From Lingula anatina (taxonomy: Eukaryota > Animalia > Brachiopoda): a DNA stretch of 64,000 bases. The translations under genes and the position numbers were made by a program. Below, piece after piece: positions 26,501 to 37,985 of this stretch (the first letter of the stretch is position 1; each line of letters starts with the position of its first letter). The notes under the pieces are model-generated. The model made no database searches, was not told the DNA's origin, and worked only from the letters and a program-made list of their open reading frames with translations. The stretch covers positions 18,782,587-18,846,586 of the forward strand of contig CM120648.1 in assembly GCA_051362555.1 (NCBI GenBank), given 5' to 3'.

Positions 26501-29500
26501 AGCAAAAGACTGGTGGCTGTGTCCCTTATTTTGTGTATGTGGGGGTCTATATGAATGTGCTTGCTCCAGCCGGTGGTACAATATTCGGAGGCGGTATCGC
26601 CTCTCTGATCCTCTAGTTTAGAAACTTTTCACTATGTGACTATTTGTGGATGGCATGATTAAATGTTGGGGGAAAAGGGTGTTCCTTGCCCCCTGTACTC
26701 CATCCTAATTTTATAGGTTGACCGTTCATTGCAACATACCCCATTTCTCAACTTGAACAAAGTGGACTATATCATATACACACATACACATACACACACC
26801 CCAGTAATTGTTTTCTTTCACACTGACAATTTAACATTATTATATGGTAATGAAGAACAGCTACAAAAATGTCTTAACTAGTTTTTATTCACAGGGCGAC
26901 GTTGAAAAGATTTTTGATAAACTCAAGAAGTGTCTCGACGACAGGCAGGTACTCAAGGACCACGTCTACCGATATTTTGCCATAAGCAACTTGGCCGAAG
27001 ATGATGGGGAGTTCGCTGAAATAAAAAAAGCGATCGAAGATTTGTGCGGTTATAGCAGCAACAGTATTGCTACCGTTCAACATCTTTCAGTGAATTGGAT
27101 TAAATTGGAAATGAATTTGGCAGAGAAGAGTGAAGAAACCCCCATCATATCTATTGAAAAACTGAGGGAAATGGCAAAAAGGGTAGGACTCCCCGATGAA
27201 GAATTACAAGAAAAATTCATTCCTTACCATCACCGTCAAGGCGACATCCTACACTTCAAAGTTGATGGACTGGAAAATGTCGTCATAATAGATCCACTTT
27301 GGTTAGCAGTTGTGTTTTCTGCCATCATGACCAATGCCAGCAGTCAACCTGGAGGCAGTCACTTTGATCTCCTGAAAGACGATCTGAAAAGAGGAGTGCT
27401 CAATGAGGAGGTATTTGATGAATATCTAAAACAAATCAAAATGGCCGAAAAAAAGACTGAAATCATTCAACTTATGCTGCATTTCGACTTGATGTTAGAA
27501 ATATCCCAAGCAGTTGAAAACCCTCTGCCTGGGTCTGGAAAGAGAAGATTCGTCGTGCCCAGTATGCTGGTATCCAATATCAGTGTAAATAACGCCTTGT
27601 CTGAGACGGATCCACAGAAATATTTGCTTATCGCATTCCCTCACATTCTGTTTCCTATCGGGTTGTTTCATCGTCTGATAATCCGTCTTCTTAGGAAGTA
27701 TAGAGCTCAGGAATATAAACATAACATTCCAGTTGTTGGGTTTGACTATGCCTCCTTCCGTTTGGGAGACGAACAATCGGTGCTCCATCTCGCCATTGAA
27801 GAAAGGGCCATGAGAATGATGATAACAAATGCTACTGGAAACAAACCAAAACCTGACATATACTCCAACGCACGGGAAACTGTTGAAAAAGAACTGTCAA
27901 CTCTTAAGGACACGTACTGTCCCAGTATGCAGTTAGGCTTTCGCATTCGGTTAAATGACAAAGGAAAAGATATTCCAATAAAAGCAGAAGACGTCCAAGA
28001 AAACGATGAGATATGTAGATCTGTAGAGGGCACTGAAATGCCAATTGATGTGACACCGTATCGTGTTTGGTTTTCAGGTAAGCATTAAAATTTTAGGTAG
28101 TTTTACTGTGAACAGACATTATGTTCCTGAATATAATTAGGGGTAATGTAGTCATTGAAATCGGTGATACTTAAACTGATGTAAATGCAACTAATCATAT
28201 TGGGTGATGTACTATGATGTACATGAAGAGAATTAATATTTCAAATTGTTGCCAATAAACCAAACTTCATATATTTTAAAATAATGTAACTTGATAAATA
28301 CCCAAAGGTATTTTTTATAATCCCCGAAAATGATATCTTTACAGATCTTATCAGCATTTTTCCCCTTGGCAAATTTTTGCCCATCGCCTTTGTTAGAACA
28401 GTATAAATATCGCCCACAAAGTCATGCAATTTATATTTTAATCATTCCAACAAAACAAGTTTTACATGGGCATCAACGTCTGTGTGAGGGTAAGACTGTT
28501 GCAGTTCTATGTGCCGAACATTTTTATGTACAGAAACAGATGTGTCTGTACACATAGCCGTCACCTGCGTCTGTCGTCGCAGTTGCCGTAGGCTGTCACC
28601 ATTGTCGCCGTTGCCGTGCACTCAGCAATAACACGATAAGTGGAATACCATTTTACATTTTGTATTCAAATTTGCATATATGTAGCACTGATAACACAAT
28701 ATAAGAAAAACAGATGGGCAAATTGCCATTATACTCACAGGACTGGTCAACCTTTCTAAAACGTAGGACGAGTTCGAAAATCAGCATAATCGGGCCATTA
28801 TTTTTTAAGTTATGCTGTTTTTTCACATTTCTTCAGATTCAATTCTTAGGCATGTTAACAGTCTCATTATTTAACTAATAAGATACCTAAAAGTGTTTGT
28901 TTGACATTTCCTGCATCTTTACAACATTGTTAGTTGATTATGTAAAAATGATGGTAAACTTGTTATCATGTATTGTATAATAAAGTGTCAAAAATGGAAA
29001 TAAACTCATATAATTGCAGTTTGTAAGATTCAATCATTCACTATGTTCAGAAACTCAGAATGGAGGAAATTGGACATAAAACACTGTTCTATTGATATTT
29101 TTCACATCTCATCAATTTTCTAAGTTGATCATATGAAAATGGCAGTAAACTGTTAATTTTGTTATATGTTAAAAAATTGTCTACATTTTGGCATTTTCAA
29201 GGTGTGACTTTGAAGTTCCATGGGCCTGAAGACCTTTGCTAGTCACATTTTCTGAATATCCGTGATACTAATATTTTATTATTAAAGATTGATGGTTATT
29301 ATCCTGTTAAACATGTCAGTGAGAGATAAAACCAAAATTAACAATCATTTCGGAACGACACTTGGATTTTGCAAGGAAAAGTACGGCGTAGGATAGGACA
29401 TAAAGTATTTTGATGGGGCCCTAGAGGCCAAGTGCCAATATATAATATATATTAGGCCAATCTTACCATTTTAGCAGCCCCAGAGAATCAAGACCGTCGT

Positions 29501-32500
29501 GCAGCCAAGTGTCCTGAAAACGAGGCAAGTTATGAGCTTTTAAATACGTTTGTGTCTAAGTACTGTGCAGCAAACACAGAACGTTATTATAACGTTACCA
29601 TATCATATGTCCAAAAACATTTTGGTAACATTATAGGAACATTCTGTGTTTGCTGACCATTATCCTCACTTGCACAAGTTTTAGTAAGACCATGAAATTA
29701 AATATACTTGTATATACACAATCATAAGAAAAATTGGATACACTTAGGCATAAATGCGCACTTTTCACTCTGTTACACTTGCTATACGACCTCCGATATT
29801 TCTAATGATAAATTTCACATAAAGACAGTGTATGTGTGCGTTTCAGTACAAGAACGATTCCGAACCGAGAGGTCGTGCACTCATTATCAACAACAAGACA
29901 TTTTCCGTGGACTGGCTTCCAGAACGTGATGGTACCGAGGTAGATGTTGTTGCCTTGAGGAAACTATTCCATTACCTCCATTATGAGACAGACGTTATCA
30001 GTAACCTGACTGCAAATGTGAGTTCATTAATAAGATCATGGTGTGTTTGTAATAAAACGAACATCGTAAAAGCCAAATGGCTTTTAGGTTTCAAAGAAAG
30101 ACTAACATACTTTTTGGTGATATCTAAATATATTTATCAGTGACACAAAGATGATACAATTGATACTTGAACCTTTTGGTTCAAAACAGGTGTTGTCAAA
30201 CAAACTTTTCGGTCACATTTTATTATGTTTATCTATTTCACTGCAATATATTTTTCTACCAAAATGAAGCTTTTCACTCGTTTCTGTTCATTGCATGTAT
30301 TTGTATTTATTTGAGAGACATATGGTACACTGTATAGTTATACAACATTGGTCAAAAAGGTTGTCCCACCCCTATTTCCATGTACTTTTATTTACAGGTG
30401 ATCACCTTACAACTATAAATTGTTAGAAATAGATCACTGAATTGGAGTGTGCAATGCAAAGGAGAACTAACCCCATAAAAACCTGGGCCAAATCCCCCAT
30501 CTTGTTTAAGAAGAATCGGACAATATTCCACAAAGCAGAATTGTAACCCGTGTTGAAGGCTTGTCGCGCCGTCTACAGGAGATAATTGCAGTACGCGGTA
30601 GACGCACACGCTGTTAGGCACGTGACCTTTAACAAGCATACACTAATGCTAATTGTGTGTGAATTTGGTGACATTTGATGGCGTCTTTTCAATTTTATAG
30701 ACATTTCTTTACATCTGTAGAAGTCACAGAGAAACAGTCGATTTGAGGGGGTTCCTCTTATAAATTTTACTAAATGGTATAAAATATGTATATTTTCACC
30801 ACTATTTTGTATTTTTTAAACCATTAATCACGTTAGACACGGTATCCGTAATAAAAAGCACTATTTCTAACAATTTATAGCTGTAAGGTGATCATCTGTA
30901 AATAAAAGTACATGGAAATAGGGGTGGGACAACCTTTTTGACCAATGTTGTATACAGACAGACATGGCGCACAATCTACAAATATACCACCATATGTCCG
31001 TCCTCGGTGGCTACTGCCTTTCACATTCTCTGTTAGCGTCAAGTATGAATTGATGCTGCCATTTTGCTTTACGCTGTCGTTGATAACCCAATTCCGTATG
31101 TACCACGTCTCTGCAGTCATTGCATGCTATTTCATTTGAAGTACACTATGTTTTTATGTCACTACTTCTTTTATTTTAATGTGTAAAGGAAATGAAGGAA
31201 GAAATAGAACAAGAAAGTCAAAGAAACGATCACAAGATCTACGATTCTTTCATCTTGTTTCTACTGAGCCATGGTACCGAGGGTGCTGTTTATGGAACGG
31301 ATGGCTATCCTTTACCCTTCAAATATATCAAAGCCATTTTGAATAACAGGAAATGTCTTGGCCTGTCGGGCAAACCGAAAATGATATTTATTCAGGCTTG
31401 CCAGGGAAGTAAGTTATGGAATGTATTACACAAGCTTGAATACCTGTGATGAAAATAACATGCAAAATTATTAAACAAATGTATTGGGATATTAAACTGT
31501 ATTAAGTTTGTCTCCTTTAAATTATATTCAGCCACACGAAACGAATGACGCTTAGTATTATGTAATTGTTTAATTAGTTAATACTGATATCAATTCTAAC
31601 TTATATGTAAACATGTAATCCACATAAGGGTGTATGGGGTATTTCATTTTTTTTCCATATTCACCCAGAGATATTGGACAGTGGGTCACTCCTGGACGGA
31701 CAAACAGTTCAACAACCACAGCAAGCACCACCTGCAGCAAACCTTGGCGATGAGGTACCCGATGCTCCACACGAGATTCCAAAGCCATCCAATGATCCGA
31801 CTATGTCTGATTTTCTCGAGGTCCATGCGACTTCACCAGGTACTTTAACCGTGTTTCTTTGTATGCCATTTTACTTAGGCCTTACAAATGTGTTTTTCGT
31901 CAGAAAAAAAAAAATCAAAATGATAAGGTGCACGTGGTGATGCTGGGATTATGGCATTTTGCCTCAGGTAGAAGATGGTGTGCATTTTGTGGTCTTTCGA
32001 CATATTGTGGAGAACTGTATTGTACGCACTACATTACTGCACCAGTAAATACTGAAAATGGTGCATGTATTTTTATACAGTATCAAATAAAATATATGTG
32101 CCAAATTTAATTAAAATGTACGTACATTTTTACCATAATGCTTTTAAAAATGCGTTCACGATCACTAAGAAAAAGGAAAGTGTGTCGAGACGTTACCTTA
32201 TTGTATTTGGGAAGCTGTCAGACAATTTCTTTTGATAAAATAGACTTTGTAGCTTATGCAAATGTTGAGAAAAAAACATGCCGATTATGGAAAATTCATA
32301 TATCAAAATTTAAACTATGTATTTCGACAGATTTTAATTTAATTTAATTTAAGAATCGCGATCGTGTATTTCTGACATTGAATTCTCAGTGTGCACAAAG
32401 TGTAAGCATCGAAGGCATTCATGAATGTGGACATGTTTGATTCTTTGAATCAGACGCTTCATGTTACTTGATAGCGCAGAGGCACGCCAGGGAAAACAGA

Positions 32501-33533
32501 GGGAGAAAAACAAGTTCTGGTTTTTCTTGATTGAAGGCTTTGATTTGTTGAAGGGCAATTCTGTATAGCCTGGTTTCCAAAGATCGTGTCGCAGGCATAT
32601 CAGCAAAACAAAATGCATCGCCAAGGACCCGAATGCCATGGCAAAATGTTTTAAGTTTACTTTGTTATTTTGATACAAATAAGCTTCTGGTTGACATAGA
32701 TTTGACTGGTCCTCAACTTTCCATGCTGCACTGTGCCTGACCGAAAAAAAAAAAAACCCTTAAAATGAGTAGTGATTCAGTGTTCCAATCATGCCTGCGA
32801 CAGCTAGAAATGTGACCCATATTATTTGCCTTTTGGAGATCATTTCAGGTCGGTTCACTGTAACACTATCGGCAAATAAACTTTACTAATAGTTCCTCGA
32901 TCTACGCGATTTATGAAATTTGCTTTTCCGCACTCTCAGTGACACTAAGTACTGTTATATTAACAAAATAAAAATAAACAGTACCGTTGCATCTACGAGT
33001 AAATAATTCGTTAAGGCTTCAGTATTTTCTGTTTCAGATTACGTATCTTGGCGACACACGGGAAAGGGAACATGGTTTGTTCAATCCATTGTCGATACAT
33101 TTTATCGTGAAGCACACAAATATGACGTTTTACAAATGCTGGTGAATGTAAGTACTGAAATAACCTGAACTACATTATTTTACATTGAAAGTGTGTTAAA
33201 TTCATTAGAACACCAATCAAATATAAAACATAGCTACCAGAAGAAGTGACATGTCGTAAGAGGTGACTTATGTAAATACAGTCCAACATGCACAGCCTTT
33301 TTAAGAAGCAGTGAAATGCTTTTCTGTATATTTTGACTGTTTAATCAGAACTGTTCACTTCATGTAATATTTTATTTCACCAGGTCAATCACGCGATCTC
33401 TCAAAAGCAAACAACAATGGGCAATAAACAGGCACCAGAGATAGTTACCAGCTTACGCAAGAAAGTTTTCTTCAACATAACTCCAGGTAAGCAAAAAGAA
33501 TCACATCTTCCCGAGGTGTATTCGGCCGAATAA
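12012..33533 (+). CDS. Multi-exon gene: NHL beta-propeller - ROC GTPase - COR - caspase fusion (~1276 aa)
   Basis: Exons 12012-12945, 18543-18773, 19222-19377, 19657-19707, 22187-22219, 23065-23310, 23606-23730, 26895-28077, 29475-29524, 29847-30017, 31189-31408, 31669-31839, 33038-33147, 33384-33533. All junctions are phase-compatible, total 3831 nt, no internal stops. Confidence 0.78.
14304..14592. repeat. Tandem duplication, ~143 bp x2
   Basis: tacgagtaattttttactttcagaagtc...tagtaccaccagcgta occurs twice in succession. Confidence 0.85.
16586..18274 (+). mobile_element. Helentron/HINE-like non-autonomous rolling-circle element, copy A
   Basis: Subterminal inverted motif ttgtaccacc...ggtggtacaa, 5' hairpin and ccggctcc microrepeats, 3' hairpin gaggcagtatcgcctc, ends ctagt before T; 3-4 diverged internal satellite units. 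Partial copies at ~14570-14830 and ~15790-16100. Confidence 0.75.
18543..18773 (+). CDS. Exon 2: ROC GTPase N-part (G1 P-loop, G2)
   Basis: ttaccag acceptor (phase 1); RVAIVGPYGVGKTHLAKRL...ANTTGVNI; donor AAG|gtaagc. Confidence 0.88.
19222..19377 (+). CDS. Exon 3: insertion within ROC
   Basis: ttttcag acceptor; DDPKDQFAQNMAIGVQNL...LTNR; phase 1-1, 156 nt, open. Confidence 0.65.
19657..19707 (+). CDS. Exon 4: low-complexity micro-exon within ROC insert
   Basis: Polypyrimidine tract + ctacag; AAPPDDSESPASPDRAA; CAG|gtaagt; phase 1-1. Confidence 0.7.
22187..22219 (+). CDS. Exon 5: duplicated micro-exon (paralog of exon 4)
   Basis: AAPPASPDRAA with splice sites identical to exon 4 and an 18-nt in-frame deletion; flanking intron is also duplicated. 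Confidence 0.6.
23065..23310 (+). CDS. Exon 6: ROC G3 motif
   Basis: [31 protein letters not shown], the canonical ROC WDFAGQxxYxxTHxxFL; phase 1-1. Confidence 0.93.
23606..23730 (+). CDS. Exon 7: ROC G4 motif
   Basis: EFIMFWLNSIH...PYVLIIGTHKD; phase 1-0. Confidence 0.9.
24589..24800. mobile_element. Foldback MITE with TAG...CTA termini (Academ-like), nested in the HINE
   Basis: tagtcaggtggctaagtccaaattttatccagaattgtg / cacaattctggataaaatttggacttagccgcctgacta. Shares aaaagcatgaaacttt with the 229-2022 TIR; absent from HINE copy A. Confidence 0.8.
24801..26400. repeat. Satellite array, 146-bp unit x ~11
   Basis: cttttcaccatgaact...gaaattgacctttgaccta recurs at 24801, 24947, 25093 and so on. 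Confidence 0.95.
26895..28077 (+). CDS. Exon 8: ROC G5 + COR domain
   Basis: FAISN (G5), WIKLE, YHHRQGDILHF, VIIDPLWL, FVVPSML and FPIGLFHRLIIRLL are COR-type motifs; phase 0-1; donor CAG|gtaagc. Confidence 0.9.
29475..29524 (+). CDS. Exon 9: COR-caspase linker micro-exon with GC donor
   Basis: ttttagcag NAGNAG acceptor; AAPENQDRRAAKCPENE; donor GAG|gcaagt. It converts phase 1 to phase 0, exactly as needed. Confidence 0.62.
29847..30017 (+). CDS. Exon 10: caspase large subunit start
   Basis: YKNDSEPRGRALIINNKTF...ERDGTEVDVVALRKLF...NLTA; S1 Arg in RxGT; donor gtgagt. Confidence 0.93.
30343..30950. mobile_element. Tc1/mariner-type MITE in a caspase intron
   Basis: Near-perfect ~85-bp TIRs caacattggtcaaaaaggttgtcccaccc...; TA on both sides. 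Confidence 0.88.
31189..31408 (+). CDS. Exon 11: caspase catalytic His/Cys
   Basis: DSFILFLLSHG...VYGTDG...LSGKPKMIFIQACQG; donor gtaagt. Confidence 0.96.
31669..31839 (+). CDS. Exon 12: caspase intersubunit linker and start of small subunit
   Basis: KILDSGSLLDG...DEVPDA...PTMSDFLEVHATSP; phase 1-1. Confidence 0.85.
33038..33147 (+). CDS. Exon 13: caspase small subunit
   Basis: DYVSWRHTGKGTWFVQSIVDTFYREAHKYDVLQMLVN, with SWR and GxWF motifs. Too short for the ORF track; read manually. Confidence 0.93.
33384..33533 (+). CDS. Exon 14: caspase C-terminus
   Basis: VNHAISQK...KQAPEIVTSLRKKVFF, then NITPGKQKESHLPEVYSAE*. An internal CAG|gtaagc at 33486 could splice further. Confidence 0.88.
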   Translation, partial: VNHAISQKQTTMGNKQAPEIVTSLRKKVFFNITPGKQKESHLPEVYSAE

Positions 33534-35659
33534 TAAAGACTATGGAACGCCATTCACGCAAAAAATGCAGAAGTCAATTCAACAATCTATCTGCACTATT
33601 TAACAGCCAAAACCTACTTCAACTATCTAAACTTAATTCTACTAAATTAGTTTTTGTCATTTTAATCATTCGTCAAAATCTAACAATCAATAAACGATTC
33701 AAAAGTCAGTTACTGCAACTCAACAATCAGTCACCGCAACTGAACAATGTATTTTTGCGTGAATGGCGTGAATGCATGGAACGCCATTCACGCAAAAAAT
33801 GCAGAAGTCAATTCAACAATCTACCGGCACTATTTAACAGCCAAAACCTACTTTAACTATCTAAACTTACTTCTACTAAATTAGTTGTGGTCATTTTAAT
33901 CATTCGTCAAAATCTAACAGTCAATAAACGATTCAAAAGTCAGTTACCGCAACTCAACAATGCATTTTTTGCGTGAATGGCGCGAATGCATGGTGCGCCA
34001 TTCACGCAAAAAATGCAGACGTCAACTCAACAATCAGTTGCCGTAACTTGACAATCAGTTGTCGCAAACGGTCATTCGCAGACTTAACACCAGATGGCGT
34101 GCGCGCACCGTCAGCGATCTGAAACGTCCTTGACCTTTTCCATGTTTTCAATTCCGCATATTATGCGCGTACATGTGGTTCATCGTGTTCGTATTGTCAT
34201 GATATAGTTAATTATATAATAGTAGCATTGCGTTCAATCACATCATACTGAAATTAGATATGGCAATGAACCACATGTAGTTCCTACTCGCATAATATGC
34301 GGAATAGCACAGGTCTCAAACTACTGCGCATGCGCGAAAAGTACGCTGTTTGAAATAAACAAATGCATTTATTTTCTCTTCACAAATAGGGTAATTCCTT
34401 TCGCATTTATAGTGTTATATGTGGCACCAAGGGGATTTTCCACCCCTCCCCCACTCTTGATTAATAAAATTATCCATCGGGAGAAAAGAAAATTATATTG
34501 CAAAATACCGTATAGCTAAAAAAAAAACGACTATTGGTACGCGTATGATCGATAACTGATTTAATTCTCGTAAGATTACCATCCGCCCCCTTCCTCATGA
34601 ATAGGTATTACTTTATTAATACAATGCTACCGTCGTGTAGCCGCATGTTAGAAGACAATGTTTGATTACGCACAGCAGTAGGAGGCCGCTACCCCTTCCC
34701 AGCAAGGAGTCAACACAGCAGCGCGTAACCCAGGGTTAATTAGGGGTTATTAGCTGTCCCCTTATGATCGGTATTGTTCGTCTTGATTGCAGCACACTTC
34801 CTACTCACTATTGGTTCGACCGCCTCTTCTTAAATGCTCTCTCAAACCTTTCCTCAGTCAGCCGAGAATGGAAACACGTTTATCTGCCGATAAACTACGT
34901 CGTTGATGTATTATTTGGCATCATTCTACAGTGGGTCATAAGGCTCTATCTATCATTTTTTTCGTCTCGCATTTTACCAGATTAAGCTGACGCTCGAAAA
35001 CTTAATTTAATGAATAATTTCTCACGTGCACCGTATCCAGCTAATTTTACGACAATAACTACCACGGCACCTCCGCCATTTGCAATTGTAGACGAACCAC
35101 GTGTTTCCAACTGATAGGCCAATACAACTATACCAGACCCATTGTACGAGAAAAGACCGTTCATATTTAATGAATTAAAAAACATTTGAGGATTGCGATT
35201 TTCTATTGATATACTATCGATGGTATCCCTGTATTAAATCATCCACTGCTACCCCCTCTTTTGTAGTGTAGCATGACTCGTATCACAAGATGGCCTTAGA
35301 AATGAAGTAAGACAGGCCTACACTCTGATAGTTTTTAGTCTATTATTAACCCTAATGTCGTTGCTTGTCATTCATTCTAGAACTCTCTGCCAGGACATTT
35401 ATAGGCTACTTCTTAACGGATTTTTTTTTATTTGCACGGATTATTTTTTATTTGCAAAATGTTCGAGGACGTCTCTGTCGTTATCGCCGTTTCTCGGACG
35501 CAGTCCCAGGCAAAGGATATCGGAAAGTTTCTAAATAAAAGAACTTATAAATGCTGCCACTAGCCATCCTTATTGTTCCTAAGTAAAGAGAGGCGATAAT
35601 GATCTTTTCTTTCTTCTAGCTTAGTCTGTCGACTAAAATGAACAATGTTAGGCCTACAA

Positions 35660-36710
35660 TGCAACCACCTATTATTACGACCATTAATGAGGTTGTTTAC
35701 TACACTCCCTTTCTTCATGATCGCGAAACCAGTGGGGTGCTGTGTTTTAAATATATAAAAAAGGGTCTCGCAAGGTGAAGCTATAATAATGAAATAAAAA
35801 AATCCAATGAATAGGCCTATCTAATAAACCATGAAGCACGTAGTCTAGGCCTCTTCTTTGACCGACATCACATTTTTACATTCTTTGTTTTAATAAGAGG
35901 ACGAACGTGGTCTAATTTGTCTTTTGGTGGTGTGTGATTTTGCTCGAAGTAGCGGAGTCAAGTAAATCGGTGATTTACCGTTGGTAAGAGTAGCGATCAT
36001 CGCTCCTGCGTCCTCATAGATTACTTTCTAATCACCCGTAATTAACGCAGTCAGGAATAAGCGCTCAAATAGGGGTTTTGTATCAGGGAAAATTTTAGTA
36101 TTAATCTTATGTTATTATGTATCTGTATTATGTAATCATGTAACTCATTTTCCCAAGGCAACCACCAATTATGACGACCATTAATGAAGTTCTCTGCTAC
36201 ACTCTCTCCTCATGATCACTTGCTCGATCGTGAAACCCTGGAGGTGTGGTATATATATTTGGGGTAGTTTACTATAGCATGCTACACTCTCCTCATGATC
36301 AGCTGCTCGATCGTGAAATCTGGAGTGAAACCCATGGTTTATCTAACAATGGTTTAAATAAATAAAAAGGGTGTCACGGAGGTGAAGCTGCTTAACTCAT
36401 AAGAATAACGAACGAAAAAATACGATGAACATTTAATAAACCACGAAGCACGTATGTTTTGACCGTTATCGCCTTTTTTCCATAAGTTGTCTCAACAAGA
36501 AGGCAGATGTAGTCCAATTTGTCTTTTGTTGGTGATTCTGCTTCAGGTGGCTGAGATTAGTTGATCGGTGATGCACCGTTGGTAAGAGTAGCAATCATCA
36601 CTCCTGCGTTCTAACGGATTACTTTCAAACCCCCCATAATAAACGCAGCCAGGAATAGGCGCTGAAATAGGGGGTATTAAATCAGGAATTAATTTTTGTA
36701 ATTATGTATC
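35660..36710. repeat. Diverged direct duplication (~450-500 bp x2) inside the IS3EU-like element
   Basis: gcaaccacc..attacgaccattaatga...ccgttggtaagagtagc.atcatc.ctcctgcgt is seen at both 35660-36100 and 36157-36700. Confidence 0.75.
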
Positions 36711-37904
36711 CGTAAAATAAGAATCGTAACATTATCACGTATTTTTCCTGATGGAAAATATCATAAATTATGCACACTGATCGAATTATAAAGAAAATCT
36801 CCAGATGTAAACAAAGGTCAGTCAAGTATCACTCATCCCAGGCTGCAGGGCAGATATAGAGAATTGAATGAAGCGCCAGTGCAGTGATCTGGCAACCCTA
36901 CAAATTTGTCATAATGATTCATGGGCAAACAATAGAAGCATGAAATTAACACCTTTTACAGTGTGAATGACGACACCTTATGAGGCTTTTGTTTCTTCCC
37001 CTGGGTTGGCATTACAAAGTAAGTATGTTGACGTAAGTGTGTTGACTTTTGCATGTTCAAAGGAACAATGGAAATGTCATTTCAAAACAAAGAGCCACAT
37101 TTCCCTACTTAGGTGGCCAAAATATTGTCAATGAAACGCAAAAAAGACAAAATCACCAGTTGTTACTGACTGAGTCTAACTCAAATGCAAAAAGGTACGC
37201 ACAGCGACAAAGCGCTATTGTAAACAATGACCCGACGATAAGATCAATAAGATGTATAAAATGACTATTTGTACTATAAAACTGTACCCCTGCCCCTACT
37301 TGTATATTATTACACACACAAGGCCACCCTATACCAGAGTTACAGATTGATTTTTCATTACACAGTCTCTTGCATTGAAGAAAAATACTCATAATTAATT
37401 TGCGACCCTAGTAGAGGTCTTCTCTCGCTTTCTCTCAAATCAAAATAAACTAGCAAACATGAAAATTGGCAAAATGTATTAGAATGTAAAGTGTTGCGAA
37501 CCCTTTAAACAAGGTGAATGGTAATATGCACGTTTAGACAAATTTTAATTTTAATTTCAATTAAATTTAATTTTAATTAAAATTGATATTACCAAAATTA
37601 GTAAATGTCGTTTGCGTCATGTATCAATATTTTTGCGCATAACGGTACCTACGTTATAAACATTCAGCAAAGATATTTGGAAGGCCGCTCTTTTGTTGTT
37701 TATATCAAAGGAAAACTATTTGATACCCATCGTATCAATCATTATACCATGATAAGAGATTAGCATACTAATTTATGTCCCCAGTAATAATAACTTTAAC
37801 AATAACAACAAACCTTCCTACTGTGCTTTCCGTTGCAAAAACAATTAGCCACGACTGTTTTATATATTAATAGATATTTATAATAATGACAATTTCAAAA
37901 TTTT

Positions 37905-37985
37905 CAAAAGTACCGACAGGGACACGAACTCACGTCGGGAAGGTTGCAGACGACTCAACGACGTTAACCGTTGTTCCACCAATTC
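37905..37985 (-). mobile_element. tRNA-derived SINE-like head remnant
   Basis: The minus strand shows an A-box-like ggtggaacaacgg and a B-box-like gagttcgtgtcc; no intact cloverleaf. Confidence 0.35.

Larger units (their letters stand above)
23840..26618 (+). mobile_element. Helentron/HINE-like element, copy B, with expanded satellite
   Basis: Colinear with copy A; same termini. Confidence 0.78.

Noticed and set aside
33542-33856. 104-aa ORF with an internal repeat directly after the caspase
   Set aside because: Lies in the tandemly duplicated TIR of the IS3EU-like element.
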